Positions 27,165 to 34,345 of a DNA stretch of 34,345 bases are shown piece after piece. This DNA comes from Caldilineae bacterium (lineage in GTDB: Bacteria; Chloroflexota; Anaerolineae; DTLA01): assembly GCA_037446815.1 (NCBI GenBank), contig JBBIHX010000015.1, positions 1 to 34,345 of the forward strand. Direction: 5' to 3'. Each line of letters opens with the position of its first letter. The first letter of the stretch is position 1. A program made the position numbers and the translations under genes. The notes beneath the pieces were generated by a model. The model was not told the origin of the DNA. It did no database searches and saw nothing but the letters and a program-made list of their open reading frames with translations.

Positions 27165-27235
27165 GTAGGGGCGGGTCTGTAGGGGCGGGTCTGTACGGGC
27201 GGGTCTGTAGGGGCGGGTCTGAGACCCGCCCCTAC
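27165..27235. repeat. GTAG REP (family D) with left arm GTAGGGGCGGGTCT tandemly repeated x4
   Basis: Four 14-bp arms then G and AGACCCGCCCCTAC. Confidence 0.9.
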
Positions 27236-27237
27236 AA

Positions 27238-29785
<2,548 letters not shown>

Positions 29786-29827
29786 TCTGTCTTCTCCTTT
29801 GGTTACGTTGATAACCCGTAGCCGTAA

Positions 29828-31933
29828 CTAACTGATGACGAGTCGCATGTCCACGGCGTAGGCCCCCTGGCCGCTGTCCAATACCATCAGGGGGTTGATG
29901 TCCATTTCCACGACTTCGGGGAAGTCGGTAACGAGTTGCGACACGCGCAGGAGGGTGTCCACCATGGCCTCCATGTCGGCGGGCTTTTGGCCGCGCACGC
30001 CCTTGAGCAGGTTGTAGGAACGGATTTCGGCGATCATCTCCTCGGCCTCTCGGCGGGAGATGGGCGCGATGCGGAAGGACACGTCCTTGAGCACCTCCAC
30101 GTAGATGCCGCCCAAGCCGAACATGAGCAGGGGGCCGAATTGCGGGTCGCGGTTCATGCCGATAATCACTTCGCGGCCACCCATAATCATCTGCTGGATG
30201 AGGCATCCCCAGATGCGGGCTTCGGGCATGAAGCGGGTGGCGCGGTACACCAGCAGGTCAAATGCGTCGCGCACGTCGGACGCGCTGCGCAGGCCCACCT
30301 TGACGCCGCCGATGTCGGTCTTGTGCAGGATGTCGGGCGAGGCGATTTTCATCACCACGGGGAAGCCGATTTCCTGGGCGATGGCCACGGCCTCGTCGGC
30401 GGTGGCGGCCAGTTTGGATTGCGGGATGCGGATGCCGTAGGCTTGCAGGATGTCGCGCGCTTCCGAGTCGCCGATGGTGAGGCGGCCGTCGGCCCGCGCC
30501 TGGGCAAAGACGTCGGCCACCAGGCCCTTGTTCACGTCAAAGGTCTCAATGGTGGGCATCGGGCGCTCCATCCAGGCCACCTGGCGGTACATGGCGCGCA
30601 GGGCGGCGACGGCCCGCTCGGGCACCACGTAGTTCGGCACGAGGTATTCGTTCAGGATTTTCACGCCGGGGCCGGTGGTTGCCTCGCCCATGAAACTGGC
30701 CAGGATGGGCTTGTTGTATTTCTTGGACGCTTGGCCGATGGCGTGAGCGGTCTCTTCTATCTCGGTCATGACCTGGGGCGTAAGGATGACGATGACGGCA
30801 CCCACGTCGGGGTCTTTGAGCACGGTGTCAATGGCCATGGCGTAGCGGTCGGCGCGGGCATCTCCCAGCACGTCCACCGGGTTGAGGACGCTGGCCGCAG
30901 CGGGGAGGTTCGCGCGCAGGGTGTCCATCGTCTCGCGGGAGAGGGAGGCCTGGCGCAGGCCGGCGCGCTCCAGAGCGTCGGTGGCCATGATGCCGGGCCC
31001 GCCCGCGTTGGTAACGATGACCACGCCGCCCTTGCCCGGCAGCGGCTGGCGCGCGAAAGCCACGGAGAAGTCAAACAGGTCCTGCACCGAACCGGCGCGG
31101 ATGACCCCGGCCTGGCTGAAGGCGGCGTCGTAGGCGCGCTCGGAGCCGGCCAGGGTGCCGGTGTGCGACGAGACGGCGCGCGAACCGGCGCTGGTGGTGC
31201 CCGACTTGACGGCGATCATGGGCTTGCGTTTGGTAACCTTGCGGGCGATGTCTATGAACCGCGCGCCGTTGGCGATGCCTTCCAGGTAGGCCATGATGAC
31301 GCGGGATTCCGAGTCCTCGCCCCACGCTTCCATGAAGTCAATCTCGTTGAGGTCGGCCTTGTTGCCCAGCGATACAAAGCGCGAGAACCCCACGTTCTGG
31401 GCTAGGGCCATGTCCAGGATGGAGGTGCACAGCGCGCCCGACTGGGACATGAAGGCGATCTTGCCGCGCTTGGGCATGCCGGCGGCGAAGGACGCGTTCA
31501 TCTTGCCGATGGTGTCAATGACGCCCAGGACGTTGGGACCCACTATGCGGATGTTGTACTTGCGGGCAATCTCCATGAGGGTGCGTTCCATCTTCGCGCC
31601 CTCGCTGCCGGTCTCGCGGAATCCGGCGGAGATGATGATGACGCCCTTGACGCCCTTCTGGCCGCATTCCTCCAAGGCCGCTGCAACGTACTTGGCCGGT
31701 ATGACGATGACCGCCAGTTCAATGGGGTCGGGAACGTTCAGGACGCTGGAGTAACACTTGAGGCCGAGGATTTCGTCGGCCTTGGGATTGATGGGGTATA
31801 CCTTTCCCGGATAGCCGTACTGGACGATGTTGTTCAAGACCGAGAAGCCCAGTTTGTCGGTCTCGCGAGATGCTCCGATGACAGCGATAGATTTCGGCGT
31901 AGAGAAGGTTTCTAGCATGGTCTTGTCACCCAC
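29828..31933 (-). CDS. Acetate/acyl-CoA ligase (ADP-forming), fused alpha-beta
   Basis: IAVIGAS CoA-binding, SQSGA, SSHTGTLAG and LHKTDIGGV phospho-His motifs, ATP-grasp DINPL; start may be GTG 31933 or ATG 31918. Confidence 0.9.
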   Translation of the reverse strand: MGDKTMLETFSTPKSIAVIGASRETDKLGFSVLNNIVQYGYPGKVYPINPKADEILGLKCYSSVLNVPDPIELAVIVIPAKYVAAALEECGQKGVKGVIIISAGFRETGSEGAKMERTLMEIARKYNIRIVGPNVLGVIDTIGKMNASFAAGMPKRGKIAFMSQSGALCTSILDMALAQNVGFSRFVSLGNKADLNEIDFMEAWGEDSESRVIMAYLEGIANGARFIDIARKVTKRKPMIAVKSGTTSAGSRAVSSHTGTLAGSERAYDAAFSQAGVIRAGSVQDLFDFSVAFARQPLPGKGGVVIVTNAGGPGIMATDALERAGLRQASLSRETMDTLRANLPAAASVLNPVDVLGDARADRYAMAIDTVLKDPDVGAVIVILTPQVMTEIEETAHAIGQASKKYNKPILASFMGEATTGPGVKILNEYLVPNYVVPERAVAALRAMYRQVAWMERPMPTIETFDVNKGLVADVFAQARADGRLTIGDSEARDILQAYGIRIPQSKLAATADEAVAIAQEIGFPVVMKIASPDILHKTDIGGVKVGLRSASDVRDAFDLLVYRATRFMPEARIWGCLIQQMIMGGREVIIGMNRDPQFGPLLMFGLGGIYVEVLKDVSFRIAPISRREAEEMIAEIRSYNLLKGVRGQKPADMEAMVDTLLRVSQLVTDFPEVVEMDINPLMVLDSGQGAYAVDMRLVIS

Positions 31934-31997
31934 TTCCTAGAGATTCGGGCGAGGTGGGTCTTGGCCGTTCCGCCCCGCCACCAGCGCAACGGCGGCG

Positions 31998-32026
31998 ATT
32001 ATACTCCACTTGGGCGCAGGATGCAA
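31998..32026 (-). promoter_or_regulatory. Promoter of the acyl-CoA ligase operon
   Basis: TTGCAT-17nt-TATAAT. Confidence 0.65.
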
Positions 32027-32030
32027 ATCG

Positions 32031-32052
32031 GATTGTGATAGAATTCGCAATC
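32031..32052. promoter_or_regulatory. Palindromic operator, Rex- or CRP-like
   Basis: GATTGTGA-TAGAAT-TCGCAATC. Confidence 0.6.
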
Positions 32053-32074
32053 TGGGTCGGCCTGCGCGCTGGCC

Positions 32075-32755
32075 TCAGTCTTGCTGCACCTCCTCGGCGA
32101 TGAGCACCAGGTCGTGGGGCTTGAGCAGCGTGATGCGTCCGCGCCGCGAGCGGATGATGCCGCGCTTGGTCCATCGGCTCATGACGCGGATGGCCGTCTC
32201 CACGGTGGTGCCGGTCATGTCGGCGATGTCCTGTCGGGTTACCGTGGCGCCGATAACAATGCCATCGCCGGTGCGCTGGCCGGTGGCCGCCGCCAGTTTC
32301 AGTAGAACCCGGGCGATGCGCCGCTCCACGCGCTCCACGGCCAGGCTGAGCATAGTCTGGTACGCCTCCTGGAGCCGCTTGCCGAGGCTGCGCGCGGTCT
32401 GGAGCGCCAGTTCGGGATGCGCGTCCAGCGCCCGTAGGTAGTCGGCGCGCCGTATGCCCCACACCTGCGACGGCTCCATGGCCTGGGCCGAGACGGGGTA
32501 TCCCCCGCCGTCCAGGATGCCGGTCTCGCCGACGGTGTCTCCGGCAGAGACGATCTCCAGCAGCATCTCCTTGCCGGTGTCCGAATGCTTCAGGATTTTG
32601 ATGCGCCCGCTCCGCACCAGGTAAAGGGTGTCGGCCGGATCGCCCTCAAAGAACAGGTATTCGTCCTTGTCCACGGCGCGTGGCCGCAGGAGGGTCTGCA
32701 GATTTTGTCGCGCGTCTTCGGGCAGGCCGACAAACGGTGCCGATTCCAGGCTCAT
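32075..32755 (-). CDS. Crp/Fnr-family transcriptional regulator
   Basis: LFFEGDPAD.LYLV.SG.IKI, GE..YP, TRQDIADMTGTTVETAIR HTH. Confidence 0.93.
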   Translation of the reverse strand: MSLESAPFVGLPEDARQNLQTLLRPRAVDKDEYLFFEGDPADTLYLVRSGRIKILKHSDTGKEMLLEIVSAGDTVGETGILDGGGYPVSAQAMEPSQVWGIRRADYLRALDAHPELALQTARSLGKRLQEAYQTMLSLAVERVERRIARVLLKLAAATGQRTGDGIVIGATVTRQDIADMTGTTVETAIRVMSRWTKRGIIRSRRGRITLLKPHDLVLIAEEVQQD

Positions 32756-32785
32756 GTCTCAGTCCTTGAGCGTTGTGCTGGGCGT

Positions 32786-32815
32786 ATTATAGCATGATGC
32801 GGGGCGATGTGGCAA
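32786..32815 (-). promoter_or_regulatory. Crp/Fnr gene promoter
   Basis: TTGCCA-18nt-TATAAT with TG extension. Confidence 0.65.
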
Positions 32816-32840
32816 CCGCGGTTGGGGGCGTGGCCTGGCC

Positions 32841-32909
32841 TGTCACCCTGAGCGGAGCGAAGGGTCTCGGGTTGCGAGATTCTTCGCGGCTGCGCCGCTC
32901 AGAATGACA
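32841..32909. repeat. Family A doublet
   Basis: TGTCACCCTGAGCGGAGCGAAGGGTCTC..GAGATTCTTCGCGGCTGCGCCGCTCAGAATGACA. Confidence 0.9.
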
Positions 32910-32961
32910 GATTACGGCGTGGCCGCGCTGCAAAGGTTAGAGGGCATGCGGAGACACATGG

Positions 32962-32997
32962 AAAAGCAAAACCCCCGCACGCCGCCGCGCACAGGGG
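32962..32997 (-). terminator. Intrinsic terminator after tRNA-Lys
   Basis: CCCCTGTGCGC-GGCG-GCGTGCGGGGG followed by TTTTGCTTTT. Confidence 0.65.
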
Positions 32998-33012
32998 CCC
33001 GTATGTTCTGCC

Positions 33013-33089
<77 letters not shown>

Positions 33090-33098
33090 AGCGAGTGC

Positions 33099-33127
33099 AT
33101 AATATCCTGAAACGGGGGGAGTGTCAA
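33099..33127 (-). promoter_or_regulatory. tRNA-Lys promoter
   Basis: TTGACA-17nt-TATTAT. Confidence 0.75.
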
Positions 33128-33147
33128 ATCGCGCGGCCCTCCGAGTC

Positions 33148-33358
33148 GCTTCCATCTTCTGTTGGTGAAACGCATGAACATCTTCCTCAAGTGTCGTTGC
33201 GAGCGAAGCAATGCATCCTCGCCCAACCTCACCCCCTCGGAGGCCGAAGGCCGGGGGTGAGGGTGTCGCTCCCTCGCCCTTCGGGAGAGGGCTGGGGTGA
33301 GGGGGATTGCTTCGGCCGCTCCGCGCCCTCGCGACAAATACCAACAGACTTTGGAACC
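33148..33358. mobile_element. MITE-like element copy 2 with family C units inserted between the family B arms
   Basis: Ends GCTTCCATCTTCTGTTGGT / ACCAACAGACTTTGGAACC; 33271-33303 identical to 16739-16771. Confidence 0.55.
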
Positions 33359-33376
33359 GAATCCATCCCGCGCGTC

Positions 33377-33406
33377 TTGACAACTGCCGTCGGGTTCTGC
33401 TATCCT
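33377..33406 (+). promoter_or_regulatory. radC promoter
   Basis: TTGACA-18nt-TATCCT with TG extension. Confidence 0.6.
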
Positions 33407-33486
33407 CTCGGCGACATGCCCCATGGCGCGGCTCGTCCGCAGGCGCAGGCACCCGCCGCGCCTCCATCTCGGCGCAGGAGCGGCCT

Positions 33487-34197
33487 ATGGCAGAACAACC
33501 CGAACGCACGGAGTATCATCCAACCATCAGGGAGATGCCCACGTCCGAGCGGCCCCGCGAGCGGCTCATCCACTACGGGGCGGGCGCGCTGTCCACCGCC
33601 GAACTCCTCGCCATCGTCCTGCGCACGGGGGTGAGAGGGCAGAACGTGCTGGAACTGGCCAACTCGCTCCTGGCGCGATTCGGCGGGCTGCGGGGGCTGG
33701 CGCGGGCGAATCCCCAGGAGTTGGCGTCCACCAAGGGCGTGAGCGAGGCGAAGGCGTCGCAGGTGCTGGCCGCCCTGGAGTTGGGCAAGCGCCTCTGCGT
33801 GGAGTCGCCGGCCGAGCGCCCACAGGTTCAGTCGCCGCGCGATGTGGTCAACCTCCTGCAGGCTGACATGGCGCTGCTGGAGCAGGAGCACCTGCGCGTG
33901 CTGCTGCTGGACGCGCGGAACCGCGTCCTGGCGGCCAAGACGGTGTATGTGGGGCGGCTGGATGGGGTGGACGTGCGCCTGGGCGACCTGTTTCGCGAGG
34001 CGGTGCGGGCGGGCGCGGCCGCGTTCGTCGTGGCGCACAACCACCCATCGGGCGATCCCACGCCCTCGCCCGAGGACGTGCGCATCACCCAGCAGATTCG
34101 CCAGGCGGGCGACCTGCTGGGCATCGCGCTGTTGGATCATGTCATCATCGGCGGCACGCGGTACGTGAGCCTGAAGGAGCGCGGCCTGGGGTTCTGA
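33487..34197 (+). CDS. radC: RadC (UPF0758, JAB/MPN domain), full-length chromosomal type
   Basis: [21 protein letters not shown], Hh[29 protein letters not shown]. Confidence 0.95.
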   Translation: MAEQPERTEYHPTIREMPTSERPRERLIHYGAGALSTAELLAIVLRTGVRGQNVLELANSLLARFGGLRGLARANPQELASTKGVSEAKASQVLAALELGKRLCVESPAERPQVQSPRDVVNLLQADMALLEQEHLRVLLLDARNRVLAAKTVYVGRLDGVDVRLGDLFREAVRAGAAAFVVAHNHPSGDPTPSPEDVRITQQIRQAGDLLGIALLDHVIIGGTRYVSLKERGLGF

Positions 34198-34204
34198 AGC
34201 GCAT

Positions 34205-34265
34205 GGCCGCGCGGGGCTAAAGCCGCCGCGCTAAGGGTGTAGGGCAAGTTGGCAACTTGCCCCAC
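34205..34265. repeat. Family H unit followed by GTAG palindrome family E (34239-34265)
   Basis: GTAGGGCAAGTTGGCAACTTGCCCCAC; matches 12696-12722. Confidence 0.8.
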
Positions 34266-34292
34266 GGGGACGAGGGGTGCGCGGCCCGGTCC

Positions 34293-34345
34293 TGTCACCC
34301 TGAGCGAAGCGAAGGGTCTCGGTTGGCGAGATTCTTCGCGGCTTC
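34293..34345. repeat. Family A doublet truncated by window end
   Basis: TGTCACCCTGAGCGAAGCGAAGGGTCTC..GAGATTCTTCGCGGCTTC. Confidence 0.85.

Noticed and set aside
26912..27235. Possible CRISPR array or small ORF 26874..27182
   Set aside because: Repeats are degenerate, unevenly spaced and partly inverted; the ORF is just translated repeats
29828..31933. Pat/YfiQ protein lysine acetyltransferase
   Set aside because: No GNAT domain and both catalytic His motifs are retained

Overview
High-GC bacterial chromosomal segment; by inference Chloroflexota/Anaerolineae-like (Gram-positive-type TTGACA/TGnTATAAT promoters, Pro/Thr-linker exported proteins, glpX-rho and xerD-punA synteny). The left 12.6 kb is an energy/signalling locus. 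A Tat-exported selenocysteine formate dehydrogenase operon (fdnG split in the ORF track by an in-frame UGA with SECIS, fdnH, fdnI, fdhE) appears co-transcribed with three stand-alone receivers, a stand-alone tandem-ACT protein, a heme O synthase-like prenyltransferase and an unusual Lrp/AsnC-receiver fusion. It converges on a sensor kinase plus hybrid kinase pair. The rest is housekeeping or exported genes: LysM-M23, rho, glpX, a membrane protein, a zincin lipoprotein, a PA14 protein, punA, xerD, ppa, an S41 protease lacking its catalytic Lys, eno, a Pta-N/DRTGG protein, ADP-forming acetate-CoA ligase, Crp/Fnr, tRNA-Lys(CTT) and radC. Many intergenic gaps hold at least seven families of short palindromic repeats. 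These are nested in one another, covary as GNA-triloop ssDNA hairpins, and in one case form a MITE-like element flanked by outward -35 boxes. No transposase, prophage or CRISPR array is visible. All calls come from motif reading only; no database search was run.
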